A stretch of 64,000 nucleotides of DNA from an uncultured Verrucomicrobiae bacterium (GCA_963762565.1 CAVXLD010000013.1:96001-160000), one strand, 5' to 3'; positions 19,986 through 30,042 are shown, counted from the stretch's first letter. The notes: generated by a model from the letters alone, not told the origin. Numbers and translations are program-made.

Positions 19986-22112
19986 CTATGGCTTTCCATT
20001 CGCCAGGCCGAAAGTTTTCAAAATGAATGCATATTCGGCGGCGAGTTCATTTAACCGGTCGAACCGCCCGCTCTCTCCCATATGGCCGGCCCCCATATTG
20101 GTCTTCAATAGTACGAGCCTATGCTGGTGCGTCAGGGTCCGCTGTTTCGCTACCCATTTGGCTGGTTCCCAATAGCTCACCCGGCTGTCGTTGAGACCCG
20201 CGGTAACAAACAGGTTCGGGTACGGTTTATCGACAACATTGTCGTACGGCGAGTAGGACCGGATATAGTCGAAATAGGTCGGGTCGCTGGGATTCCCCCA
20301 TTCCTCGTACTCCGTCACCGTTAAGGGCAGAGAAGGATCCGACATCGTGTTTAGCACATCAACGAAGGGTACTCCGGCGACTACAGTCGTGAAAAGGTCC
20401 GGCCGCATGTTCATAACCGCGCCCATCAACAGACCGCCCGCGCTTGCGCCGGAAATCGCCAGTTTTTTGGAAGAGCCATACTTCTGCTCCACCAGATATT
20501 CGGCACACGAGATGAAGTCCGTGAAAGTGTTTTTCTTATTTAGCAGCCTCCCGGCATGGTACCAGGTTTGTCCGTACTCGCCGCCGCCGCGGATGTGAGC
20601 GAGCGCCACCACAAATCCGCGGTCCGCCAGAGAAAGGTGGCTTGAATTGAAGTCCGCATCCTCATTGAGACCATAGGCGCCATACCCGTCCAGCAGGATG
20701 GGCGCTGCCCCGTCTTTGACCAGCCCTTTTCGATAGAATAACGAGATGGGAACTTTGGTTCCGTCGGAAGCAACCGCAAAAATGTGTTCTTCGGTGTAGT
20801 CGTCGGTCGAAAAACCTCCCAGGACCGGAGTCCGTTTCTTTATCGTCTGAGCCCCGGTCTTGAAATCAACGTCGATCACCGACCTGGGTGTGATCAACGA
20901 ACTGAATTCCAACCGCAGCTGGGTTGCGTCAAAAGAGGGATTATCCCCAAAATCAACGTCGTAGGTGGGCTCTTGGAGGTCGACATAACGACTATTGCCT
21001 GACTGCAGATCGTAGATCTTGATGACCGGGAGGCCATCGCGCCGTACCAGCACCACCAGATAGTGGGCGAATGCTTCTAGTTCTTCAACTGGTTCGTTAG
21101 GGTCGTACGGCACGAAGTCAGTCCAATTCTGATGACCCGGGTCTGAGAACGGTGCGGTTACAATCTTGAAGTTCTCGGCCTGATCATTGGTGACGATGAA
21201 AAAACGATCTCCGGAATGGTCCACCTGATAAAGGATCCCTTGGCTGCGGGGGCTTAATATTCGGAACTCGCCAGCCGGTTCATCAGCCTCCAGATATTGC
21301 ACCTCAGTCGTGGTCTCGCTCTCTGAGACCAGGAAAATGAACTTGCGGCTTCTCGATTTTTGAAGGCTCAGTTCGAACCGCTGATCCTTTTCCTCAAATA
21401 GCAAAGTGTCTTTCTTAGGATCCTGTCCGAGCACATGGCGAAAGAGCTGGTACGGCCGGTTAGCGTCGTCGAGCGTAAGATAAAACAAGGTTCGACTGTC
21501 ATTAGCCCACGCAATCGAAGGAGCCGTGTTTTTGATGGTGTCCGGCAAAAGCTTACCGGAAGTCAGATCCTTAACCTGTAAAACGAACTTTTCGCTGCCG
21601 CTGGTGTCAGTCGAGTAAGCCAGCAAATGCTGGTCCCGACTAACATTCAAAGCTCCAAGATGGAAATACTTCCAACCTTCGGCCAGCTGGTTCCCGTCGA
21701 GCAGGATTTCTTCAGGACCCGGTAGCGACGGCAGCCCGCTCGTCTGCGCCTTTCGACAATAGATCGTGTACTGTTTCCCGGCCTCAGTTCGGTCATAGTA
21801 ATCGTACTGGTCGATTTGATACGGAACCGACGAATCTGCTTCTTGAATCCGGCCACGCATCTCCTGATAGAGATTCTGCTGCAAACCGGTCAGAGGCTTC
21901 ATCATCGCCTCGGTGTACTGGTTCTCGGCGTTCAGATATTTCAGCGTGCCGGGATTATTTCGATCGCGTAACCAAAAGAACGGGTCGTTCCGAGTCGTCG
22001 AATTCTGCGTGATTTTATGAGGATGCTGCGGTGCTTGGGGAGGGGTTTCGGACAGAAGATTGGATTGGAGAAGCATTAGAGACGCGATGGATACAAGAAA
22101 TTCACGGTACAT
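19986..22112 (-). CDS. ptrB: Oligopeptidase B (S9A), with signal peptide
   Basis: DPFFWLRD, GYGAYG, HIRGGGEYG, GASAGG, EYEEWGNP, DSRVSYWEPAKW, GAGH. Start placed at MYREFLVS. Confidence 0.93.
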   Translation of the reverse strand: MYREFLVSIASLMLLQSNLLSETPPQAPQHPHKITQNSTTRNDPFFWLRDRNNPGTLKYLNAENQYTEAMMKPLTGLQQNLYQEMRGRIQEADSSVPYQIDQYDYYDRTEAGKQYTIYCRKAQTSGLPSLPGPEEILLDGNQLAEGWKYFHLGALNVSRDQHLLAYSTDTSGSEKFVLQVKDLTSGKLLPDTIKNTAPSIAWANDSRTLFYLTLDDANRPYQLFRHVLGQDPKKDTLLFEEKDQRFELSLQKSRSRKFIFLVSESETTTEVQYLEADEPAGEFRILSPRSQGILYQVDHSGDRFFIVTNDQAENFKIVTAPFSDPGHQNWTDFVPYDPNEPVEELEAFAHYLVVLVRRDGLPVIKIYDLQSGNSRYVDLQEPTYDVDFGDNPSFDATQLRLEFSSLITPRSVIDVDFKTGAQTIKKRTPVLGGFSTDDYTEEHIFAVASDGTKVPISLFYRKGLVKDGAAPILLDGYGAYGLNEDADFNSSHLSLADRGFVVALAHIRGGGEYGQTWYHAGRLLNKKNTFTDFISCAEYLVEQKYGSSKKLAISGASAGGLLMGAVMNMRPDLFTTVVAGVPFVDVLNTMSDPSLPLTVTEYEEWGNPSDPTYFDYIRSYSPYDNVVDKPYPNLFVTAGLNDSRVSYWEPAKWVAKQRTLTHQHRLVLLKTNMGAGHMGESGRFDRLNELAAEYAFILKTFGLANGKP

Positions 22113-22508
22113 GCGGGATTCAGTGCCGTAAACAGAGCCCATGCCTCGCGCAGTTGCGAGCGGCAATTGGGATTTTTGGGGAAGGGGGAGCAGGGATTGT
22201 TTTTGGTGGGCGAGGCTCCCGGAAGACCGAGAACACTTAACAGAGTTTGAGCGTTTTCCGAAGCCCAGCGCGAAGCTGGGCCGAGCCGCTGGTCTATCAG
22301 GGGAGCACGCCTGCATGCTTGGCAAATCAGGGGAACCGCCCTGAGAACATCGCAACTCTCAGGGATCGCAGGGTGCAAATCGGGGAGGGCGCACGTCCCC
22401 GTGCGCCGCGAGGACGTGCCAAAACCTAATGATGTTTTTCGCCCACGACTATGATACGTCCTCGGCTTCCGTAACAACGGATCGCGGGGACGCGATCCCT
22501 CCCTGGCC

Positions 22509-24449
22509 CTACCGCGGCTCCTCGCCCGAACCGCCCTCCGGCTTATGCTCAAGCGGCGGCTCCACTGGCGTAAATTCAGGCTTCGGTGTCGCTGATGGTG
22601 GCTCGTTGGGAGCGGACTCTGGCTTGTGAGCAAGCGGTGGCTCGCTGGGACTGGACTCTGGCTTGTGAGCAAGCGGCGGCTCGGTGGGACCGGGTTCCGG
22701 CTGGTGAGCAAGCGGCGGCTCGCTAGGACCAGACCCAGGGGTAGGCGGCGGAGGCGTAGGTTGGGTGGGTCCAGACTCGGGGCCGTGAGCTGGCGGTGCT
22801 GGTGGTGCAGGCGGAGCGGGCGGTGGTGGAGCTGTCGGTCGAGTAGAAACGACTTGGGTGTTTGTGATTTTATCGTGCCACGTCTCACGTGCCGGATCGA
22901 AGAGCGTCCAGAAAAATCCTAGACCTAGTGGCATCAGGGATAACAAGCTGCTCAGAGCGCGCACTGCGGCGGTGCCGTAGTCGCTGGAGATTAGAGTGCC
23001 GTCGAATCGTTGGACCCGGAGACCAAGAGCGAGTTCGCCGATGGTCGCACTTCGCCAGACGTACATCCCAAAGCGATACAAAACCCAGAGCGGGAGAATT
23101 ACTCGATGCACGTGGATTAAAGAAATCAGAGCAAAGATGACCAGCAAATCGATCGCATTGGCGCCCAACCGCGGCCAGAAGGGAGCGGACGGTGTTGTTC
23201 TCGCCACTGCTAACGGCGCGGCCACACGCGGAGCGGGAGCTGCCGGTTTGGTTGGTTCAACCGCGACAGGACGTTCAACCGCGGCAGGAGTGCCTGCCGG
23301 CAACTGAGCAACCGGGACCCGATTCTTATTGCGCTCAATCAAATACAAACTGAAGGATCCAAGGCCCGCCAGCAACACGATGCTGCCGGCCAGGAAGCCG
23401 ATCACAGGGATACAATAAACGATCCAGCACACCACCGCTCCCAGCCCGATCCACAACAGAGTCGGATACTTCTGGTTGCTCATTTGGGGAGCGATCCGCT
23501 GGCCGATCAGTTGAAAGACCACGGCATTCCCCACCAGGGCCAAGGCGAAAACCGCTGCCAACACCAGAGGTATCGCCACGGCGCCGACAACGGTGATGAG
23601 CAACAGAAAACAGAGCAACGCTGCGGCCGGCACAATGGCTAAACCGCATAGAAACGAGGCGGGAGCCCGTCCCCGCAGAATGACGCCAGTATCGGCGACA
23701 GGTCTCGGAAAGAAGTGCCCTATCGCCAGACAGAGCCCCAAGATTAGCAGGGCCCAAAACCAACTAAGGAATGAATCAGGAGACATAGGTCGTAGAAAAA
23801 AGATGGTGCCGCTCAGCCATTGACCGAGATCGATGGCTGTTCCGGTCGGTAAGAAATCGAGGTTAATACGGCTGCCGCTAACATGGAGGTCGCTGTCGTG
23901 TTCGACTGCGGAAACGACAGAACTGAAATCTCCGGTTACCACTGCGCCCTCCTTAAAGCGGGCCTTCGATGCCAATGCGACGATGTCGCCGTTAATCGTA
24001 CCGCTGATTTCCGCATCGCTGCCGATCAACGCTAAATCGCCGTTGACGACACCGTCGATGCGGGCATGTCCGTGAATCACGATGACATCGCCATTGGCAG
24101 TGTCGCCGGCTCGCAAGGTGTAGGTTCTTCCTGTGATTACTTGGTCCCCGGAACGATCACCGTGGCGGATTCTGCAAAACAGGGCGTGCGGCTGGCAGGA
24201 TGGGTTTAAGCCAAAGATTTGTCCAAATGTCTTGCTGGTGATGTTCCCCAGAACGTTCGCCGGTACTTGTCCGGCCAAACCGATGTCTGAGGCAAGCGTT
24301 GCACCGACCATCGGTTGGTATAGTCGGACGGCTTCTGCCGGGGATGCCGGCGTTGATTCAGCAGCGAGGAGCGACCGAACGGTGAACGCAGCCGCTAGCA
24401 AGAGGCCAAGGCAAAGTGTGCTGCCTCGGAAACGGAATTTGGTCTTCAT
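22509..24449 (-). CDS. RDD-family membrane protein with N-terminal bactofilin-like beta-helix and Pro-rich repeat tail
   Basis: GDVIVIHG/GVVNGDLALIG/GTINGDIVAL repeats, multiple TM helices, FWPRLGANAID...TWHDKITNTQVV, then EPPLAHKPE repeats. Confidence 0.85.
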   Translation of the reverse strand: MKTKFRFRGSTLCLGLLLAAAFTVRSLLAAESTPASPAEAVRLYQPMVGATLASDIGLAGQVPANVLGNITSKTFGQIFGLNPSCQPHALFCRIRHGDRSGDQVITGRTYTLRAGDTANGDVIVIHGHARIDGVVNGDLALIGSDAEISGTINGDIVALASKARFKEGAVVTGDFSSVVSAVEHDSDLHVSGSRINLDFLPTGTAIDLGQWLSGTIFFLRPMSPDSFLSWFWALLILGLCLAIGHFFPRPVADTGVILRGRAPASFLCGLAIVPAAALLCFLLLITVVGAVAIPLVLAAVFALALVGNAVVFQLIGQRIAPQMSNQKYPTLLWIGLGAVVCWIVYCIPVIGFLAGSIVLLAGLGSFSLYLIERNKNRVPVAQLPAGTPAAVERPVAVEPTKPAAPAPRVAAPLAVARTTPSAPFWPRLGANAIDLLVIFALISLIHVHRVILPLWVLYRFGMYVWRSATIGELALGLRVQRFDGTLISSDYGTAAVRALSSLLSLMPLGLGFFWTLFDPARETWHDKITNTQVVSTRPTAPPPPAPPAPPAPPAHGPESGPTQPTPPPPTPGSGPSEPPLAHQPEPGPTEPPLAHKPESSPSEPPLAHKPESAPNEPPSATPKPEFTPVEPPLEHKPEGGSGEEPR

Positions 24450-24874
24450 GGTCGTTTAGCAATCGCCAAATGCCGAACCGTCGACGCGGCGAAAATGCAG
24501 GTTAAATAACTAAAGCCGGCCACCAGAGCGACCAGCCATCCTAACGGCAACTGAAAGATGCGCAGATTGGTTAGAATCGTGCGCCCGACATCTAACATGT
24601 CGCCAATGACATGCAGAAAAGGGAACCGGGTTAAGAAACCAATAACCGCTCCTGCTGGGTTAAAAAGTGGCACCAACACCATCACGGCCAAAGCCAGGCC
24701 CAAACCGGAGTTCTTTATAAATGGTAAGTGTTGCCGGAAAATCGACAGTGCCCAGCGTTGAACAGAACGTCGCTGAACTGAACGCATCACTTTCGGCAAG
24801 AGCTCGGGCGGCGCTTCCAAATCAGGGAGACGCTTAAGCTCCTCATCTAACCAATCTTCGTTCGGTTCCTTCAT
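24446..24874 (-). CDS. Putative membrane anti-sigma factor
   Basis: LDEELKRLPDLEAPPELLPKVM followed by two TM segments. ATGA-coupled to the ECF sigma gene. Confidence 0.7.
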   Translation of the reverse strand: MKEPNEDWLDEELKRLPDLEAPPELLPKVMRSVQRRSVQRWALSIFRQHLPFIKNSGLGLALAVMVLVPLFNPAGAVIGFLTRFPFLHVIGDMLDVGRTILTNLRIFQLPLGWLVALVAGFSYLTCIFAASTVRHLAIAKRP

Positions 24875-25431
24875 GACGTTTTAACTAGAATTTTGCGGAG
24901 GCTATCGCGGCCTCGATGGATGTCGGTCTTGACCTTAGCCAATGAGATCCCGAGCTTATCGGCGATCTCGTCATAGGACAGGTCTTGAAAATGGAAAAGT
25001 ACTATGGGGACTCTTTGAGCATCGGGCAGTTTCTGGATGGCGAGCTCAAGCATTTCGCGGCGGTCATCAGTTGGGGGATCCAGAACCGGTATCTCGACTT
25101 CTGTCTCTTCTTCCGAGAAAAACCGCCACCTCGCCCGGTAACGATTCAGATGATTAATTGATAAGTTAGTGGCGACAGTTTTGAGCCATCCGCCGACGGT
25201 GCCGCTATCTTTCAATTCATCATACCGTTCATAAGCTTTAATAAAAACTTCTTGAGCGATATCTTGGGCATCGATCGGGTTTCCGACAATTCTTGCCGCT
25301 ACCGAGAAAACCATGTTCTGGTAGTTACGGACGAACGTCTCGAACTCCTGGACTTCAGCCATTCTAGCCTCGAGACCGCTGGCATCCTGGTCATCGATTC
25401 CGATGAGCGGCAAGGGCGCGGCGTTTACCAT
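24871..25431 (-). CDS. ECF RNA polymerase sigma factor (SigW/RpoE-like)
   Basis: DAQDIAQEVFIKAY, WLKTVATN, LSYDEIADKLGISLAKVKTDIHRGR. Alternative start at 25362. Confidence 0.93.
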   Translation of the reverse strand: MVNAAPLPLIGIDDQDASGLEARMAEVQEFETFVRNYQNMVFSVAARIVGNPIDAQDIAQEVFIKAYERYDELKDSGTVGGWLKTVATNLSINHLNRYRARWRFFSEEETEVEIPVLDPPTDDRREMLELAIQKLPDAQRVPIVLFHFQDLSYDEIADKLGISLAKVKTDIHRGRDSLRKILVKTS

Positions 25432-25466
25432 TGAACTGCATGGGCCTAAAGGGAGGCCGGTTAAAG

Positions 25467-25649
25467 TTAGTAGACCTTAAGAAAGCCGAGTTGGCCAATG
25501 CATTCGACCGTGGCGGCTAACGTCCAAACTCCCAGCCAAAGAGCCAGGAACCAGTCGGCCCGTTCAGCCCACAGTAGAGTTGCGGTGCGTAAAGCTAATC
25601 GCGAGGTCGTTGATGTCCTCGGTGGGAAATCGATGATTTTGGTTTGCAT
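25467..25649 (-). CDS. Small 60-aa membrane protein heading the ECF operon
   Basis: Strong SD (aaggagagaaaATG), MQTKIIDFP..., hydrophobic C-terminal half. Confidence 0.6.
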   Translation of the reverse strand: MQTKIIDFPPRTSTTSRLALRTATLLWAERADWFLALWLGVWTLAATVECIGQLGFLKVY

Positions 25650-25984
25650 TTTCTCTCCTTTGAAAAGTTCGGTTTCATTGGCAGTACACGGTGTTGCGCG
25701 GAAAAGTTGCAAAAAGTGGAGCGCGCCTCGCTTGCGAGGCCGACCGGTCGGGGCCAAATGACCGAAGGGGCCAAGAGAAAACGTGTGGGCGTGTCGGCGA
25801 GCGCTTGGGCGCTGCCTTCGAATGGGATCCGCCTTCGCCAAGCCTTCGGCGCGACGGGCCCTATGGGACTTATAGGACCTATGTGATCTGATACGTGCCT
25901 CCTGTGAGTCCAATCGGTTTTGCCACACCCACAGTTCCCAACTCCTAGCTCTTAGATTCTAGCTCCTGGCTCCTATTCTTTAAT

Positions 25985-26013
25985 TTGACGTCCCACCCCT
26001 CCCGGAATACTCT
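25985..26013 (+). promoter_or_regulatory. Sigma70 promoter of tRNA-Ser
   Basis: TTGACG-N17-TACTCT directly upstream of the tRNA. Confidence 0.7.
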
Positions 26014-26027
26014 GGCGACTCGTGCTT

Positions 26028-26115
26028 GGTGAGGTGGCTGAGCGGTCGAAAGCGGCGCTTTGCTAAAGCGTTGTACCTCAAAAGGGTACCGAGGGTTCGA
26101 ATCCCTCCCTCACCG
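26028..26115 (+). tRNA. tRNA-Ser (GCT)
   Basis: Acceptor stem ggtgagg/cctcacc, anticodon loop tt-GCT-aa, long variable arm, GGTTCGAATCC T-loop. CCA not encoded. Confidence 0.96.
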
Positions 26116-26251
26116 TTCTGAACTTCGTACTCGTTCTCGTCGTCGTCCTCGTCCTCGAAAAACGTGCCGTAGCGCGTCGCGTTAATCCTCCGAGCGGGAA
26201 CGCAAAGCCCCTTACCCGGAGGGGAGCCGCTTGCAGCGAACAGATCGAGCT

Positions 26252-26343
26252 AACGCCAAACGCCAAACGCCAAACAAACGCCAAACGCCGAACGCCGAAC
26301 GCCAAACGCCAAACGCCAAACGCCGAACGCCAAACGCCAAACG
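26252..26343. repeat. Heptamer tandem repeat (AACGCC[A/G])n, about 12 units
   Basis: Directly visible array with one partial unit. Confidence 0.92.
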
Positions 26344-26344
26344 T

Positions 26345-27478
26345 TCACCAGCCGCGAATCTTCTCCCACTCAACCAAGCCGTCGCCGCGATCAACATGGT
26401 ATCGATCGAATGGTGCAACCGTCATACAAGCGTGATTCGGCAGCACGCGCACTTTGGTGCCGATGGGAAGGAAATCCCAGGGTAGTTCGCCCTCAGCGGC
26501 AGCAATCATGCCATGTTCCTGGGCGACGTCGGCGACGTACAAATGTGAAGCTGGCAATGCCGCGCCGCGGAATGGCCGGACTAAACCGTAGCCAACGTTT
26601 TTCGTAAACTCGGAAGCACTCAAATCTTTGGAGAGTGCCAGGGCGCCTGCATCGATCAGGACTCGGCTTCTCCGCTGGTTGTGACCGATTACGGTGGCTA
26701 CGACCGAGACCGCGATGTCGTCTTCAGTACAAACACCTAGGCCAACCTGGTCTAGATCGAAGAACGTATAAACACCAGGCCGCATTTCGGTGACACCGTC
26801 TAATCGTTCCGCGAACACCATCGTTGGAGTGGAACCGACGCTCACCGTCTCGCATGGCATTCCGGCTGCCCTAATCCGTTGAGCCGCCTGAACCACACCC
26901 GACCGTTCCTGTTCTGCGATATGCCGGATCTCGTCAACGCTGTGAGCACGGTAACTGTGTCCAGCGTGACTTAGCACGCCGGCGAGTTTAAGGGACTTAG
27001 ATTCAGCAACGGCCTTTGCGACTGCTAACAATGCCGAACCATCGGGATCAACGCCGGCTCGACCGCCGCCGGTATCGATCTCAACAAACACTGAGAAAGC
27101 GGAATGTTCTTTTGCTGCGGCAAACGACGCCGCGGTTGCCGTTGCCACATTATCCAGAATTAAATTGATCGTCGCGTCGTGTTTTCGCTGGATCGCTGCA
27201 AGCGCAGGAATCTTGTCCGGCGCGATCCCCACCCCATAGGTCAAATCCCTGAATTGATGCGCCGCAAAGTAAGCCGCCTCGGCAATCGTCGAAACGGTGA
27301 TGCCGCCGAACTGTCCTCGAGTCGCGATTGCTCCGACCTCAGTAGATTTTGCTGTCTTGAGGTGTGGCCGTAACCGGACTCCGTGACGTTTGGCCCGTTC
27401 AGCCATGGCAGCGCAGTTGCGCTCAAGCACTGCCAGATCAAGAACCAAAGAAGGTGTTTCCAGTTCGTCGATGCGCAC
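26345..27478 (-). CDS. Fold-type III PLP enzyme, DSD1/D-threonine aldolase family
   Basis: TPSLVLD, LRPHLKT, EIDTGGGRAG, HAGHSY, SVGSTPT, EMRPGVY, QEHG, LPNHAC. GTG start inferred. Confidence 0.9.
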   Translation of the reverse strand: MRIDELETPSLVLDLAVLERNCAAMAERAKRHGVRLRPHLKTAKSTEVGAIATRGQFGGITVSTIAEAAYFAAHQFRDLTYGVGIAPDKIPALAAIQRKHDATINLILDNVATATAASFAAAKEHSAFSVFVEIDTGGGRAGVDPDGSALLAVAKAVAESKSLKLAGVLSHAGHSYRAHSVDEIRHIAEQERSGVVQAAQRIRAAGMPCETVSVGSTPTMVFAERLDGVTEMRPGVYTFFDLDQVGLGVCTEDDIAVSVVATVIGHNQRRSRVLIDAGALALSKDLSASEFTKNVGYGLVRPFRGAALPASHLYVADVAQEHGMIAAAEGELPWDFLPIGTKVRVLPNHACMTVAPFDRYHVDRGDGLVEWEKIRGW

Positions 27479-27482
27479 GGAT

Positions 27483-28238
27483 CTATCCCCGGTGTATGGC
27501 CAGTGGACCAAAGGCTTGGGTTACCGGCATGAGCTCAATTGTGTTGATGTTCATCCGAGCCGGTAACGTGGTCACCCAGTACACCGTGTCGGCCACGTCC
27601 TCCGCGGTAAGCGCATCTGCTCCCTCATAAATTTTGCCCGCTTTGTCGCTGTCACCCTTGAGACGCACAACCGAAAATTCGGTACCGCCGACTAACCCAG
27701 GTTCGACGTCGGTTACTCGCACCTTAGTTCCAAGCAAATCAGCACGCAGGTTAAGCGAGAACTGACGGACAAAAGCTTTGGTGGCGCCATATACATTGCC
27801 GCCCGGGTAAGGATAATTTGCGGCGGTCGAACTGATGTTGACGATGTGGCCGCGGTTGCGAGCAACCATACCCGGAAGGATAGTGCGAGTAACATACATC
27901 AGCCCCTTCACGTTAGTGTCGACCATTTGTTCCCAAGCTTCGATGTCGGCTTTGTGGGCCGGCTCCAAACCGAGTGCCAGGCCGGCGTTGTTCACTACCA
28001 CATCGATTTCCGCAAACTCTGCCGGCAAGGTTTTAGCGGCATGCTCAACTGCAGGACGATCTCGGACGTCGAGCACCAGTGTGTAGAGGCGGTCGGTGGC
28101 GAGTTCGGCGGCGAGCGCTTTGAGCCGCTCCTGTCGGCGCCCCGAGGCTACCACTCGATGTCCTTCCACAATAAATTTCTTTGCGATCGCTGCACCGAAC
28201 CCAGCGCTTGCCCCAGTGACGAATACGGTCATCGACAT
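27483..28238 (-). CDS. ydfG: NADP-dependent SDR, YdfG/serine 3-dehydrogenase-like
   Basis: VTGASAGFG, NNAGLALG, YPGGNVYGATKAFVRQFSLNLRADL, EPGLVGGTEFS. Confidence 0.85.
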   Translation of the reverse strand: MSMTVFVTGASAGFGAAIAKKFIVEGHRVVASGRRQERLKALAAELATDRLYTLVLDVRDRPAVEHAAKTLPAEFAEIDVVVNNAGLALGLEPAHKADIEAWEQMVDTNVKGLMYVTRTILPGMVARNRGHIVNISSTAANYPYPGGNVYGATKAFVRQFSLNLRADLLGTKVRVTDVEPGLVGGTEFSVVRLKGDSDKAGKIYEGADALTAEDVADTVYWVTTLPARMNINTIELMPVTQAFGPLAIHRG

Positions 28239-28314
28239 GCTCCAGTATGAATGCGAATCGTTTTCAGGCAACCGAGGTGGTGAGTTAGGGAAACAGCTCG
28301 GATGGCCCAAGGTT

Positions 28315-28600
28315 GGTGGGGCGAGGCTCCGGCACGGTCATGGTACTTTGCGAGAATGTGCGACATCGAGGGACGACTTTATGTTTTGGGTCAAAACGCT
28401 GCCGAGCCGGACCCAACGCGCGGCCATCATCCGTGGCTTTGAATTGGACCGGGCCCGCGTTCGATTTGCGCCAGCCCATTTTTGCTGAAGCCTCGCACTG
28501 GGCCCCGCGGCTCGGCGGCTTTCTGGCCCTGCCAACTACAGATTCGACAACCTTAGCAGCCCTGCTCGCCCTTAAAGGAAGATCCGGAGCCTCGCCCTAC
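28315..28600. repeat. Element bounded by ggt(a/g)gggcgaggctcc inverted repeats
   Basis: ggtggggcgaggctccgg ... ccggagcctcgccctacc. The same termini bound 43895-44104, with single arms at about 9437 and 22204. Confidence 0.75.
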
Positions 28601-28992
28601 CAATTCGCCTCCTTCACATAGGAGGCCAGGCCGTTACCGAAGGACCAATCCTCCCGAGTGTTCGGCGAAAGAATCACCTGGACATCTTCAGGCCGCAATC
28701 CAGCGTTTGCGGAAAGCAGCTCGGCTAAGCGTTTGTAAAGCCGCTGTTTCGCCGGCGTGTCCCGCCAATTGCTCGCGGTGATATTGATGAACACGACGTC
28801 TTTTGAACGATGGATACCCATATAGTCAGAATCATAGATGAATTCTTCCGGCTCATATTGATCAACGAACTGGAAACGGTCGTCTGCCGGCACCTCGTAG
28901 GTTTCGGTCAGGGCCTGGTGAACATTGTCCGCAATAGCCCGGATCTGGTCGTTGGATTTGCCCTTGAGCAATGAAATTCGAACGAGTGGCAT
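28597..28992 (-). CDS. Tautomerase superfamily protein (malonate semialdehyde decarboxylase-like)
   Basis: N-terminal Pro (MPLVRI), VPADDRFQ, EDWSFGNG. Confidence 0.88.
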   Translation of the reverse strand: MPLVRISLLKGKSNDQIRAIADNVHQALTETYEVPADDRFQFVDQYEPEEFIYDSDYMGIHRSKDVVFINITASNWRDTPAKQRLYKRLAELLSANAGLRPEDVQVILSPNTREDWSFGNGLASYVKEANW

Positions 28993-29145
28993 AGGTTTCT
29001 AATCCTTTAGTTAAACGGTGTCTCTAAGGTGGAGCGCGCCTCGCTTGCGAGGCCAACCCGTCTCAGCTTGACGACGAAAGCCTAATACCGGAGCATAGTT
29101 CTACAATTTGAAAGTTTAGCGACGATCTATCAACAAAATCGAACG

Positions 29146-30042
29146 ATGACTCCTCGCGTCAATCTGAATATGGATGTGCTGCGCACGTTCGTGACTGGGT
29201 TAGAGCTGGGAAGTTTCTCGAAAGCAGCACAGCGTTTAGGCCGTTCACAATCCGCCATCAGCACTCAGCTTCGCCGGCTGGAAGAACAAGCCGGGAAGGC
29301 GCTGTTTAAGAAGTCCGGCAGAGGTTTAGCGCTGACGACGGCAGGGGAGAGTTTGTTGAGCTACGCGAAGCGGATTCTCGAGCTCAATGATGAGGCAATC
29401 GACGGGTTACAGGACAGCGAAGTTGAAGGCTGGGTGCGACTCGGCATTCCTCAGGACTTCGCCGAAGGATGGCTAACCGGCGTGCTTGGGCGGTTCGCGC
29501 GTGCCCATCCGAAAGTGCGGGTTGAGGTGCGAGCCGAGCAAAACGTCTTGGTTATTGAGCGACTGGCTGAGGGAGAACTAGACTTGGCGATCGCCTGGGG
29601 CGCCGACGATAAGGTGCATGCCGAGAGGCTCCTCGACCTGCCGATGGTCTGGATAGGCCGCCCGGATTGGACTGGCGTCAAACGCTTGGGCTCGGAACCG
29701 TTACCGTTGGTCGCGTTTGAGCCTCCTTGTGTGTTCCGCTCCGCTGGAATGGCGGCACTCGATGCGGTAGGCATTTCGTGGCGCTTAGCGTTCACCAGCC
29801 CGAGCCTCGCGGGCTTGTGGGCTGCGACTGAAGCAGGATTGGGTGTGACCCTTCGAACTGGGATTGGCCTTCCGCGTTCCTTGACGGTTTTGAAGCTGGC
29901 AAGCTCGGGACTTCCGGCACTACCGAAAGTTCAGCTGACCCTGTGTAGAAAGAAACGCGGTGCGGCTGCTGCTGTGAATCGCCTTTCTGAGATTCTGCGT
30001 GAAACGATCACCGAGCGGACTCAGGAAGTGAGAGGTGATTAG
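29146..30042 (+). CDS. LysR family transcriptional regulator
   Basis: GSFSKAAQRLGRSQSAISTQLRRLEEQAG HTH. Divergent from the tautomerase gene. Confidence 0.95.
   Translation: MTPRVNLNMDVLRTFVTGLELGSFSKAAQRLGRSQSAISTQLRRLEEQAGKALFKKSGRGLALTTAGESLLSYAKRILELNDEAIDGLQDSEVEGWVRLGIPQDFAEGWLTGVLGRFARAHPKVRVEVRAEQNVLVIERLAEGELDLAIAWGADDKVHAERLLDLPMVWIGRPDWTGVKRLGSEPLPLVAFEPPCVFRSAGMAALDAVGISWRLAFTSPSLAGLWAATEAGLGVTLRTGIGLPRSLTVLKLASSGLPALPKVQLTLCRKKRGAAAAVNRLSEILRETITERTQEVRGD

Noticed and set aside
26028..26345. Genomic island integrated at tRNA-Ser
   Set aside because: No integrase is present and no duplicate of the tRNA 3' end was seen in the window.
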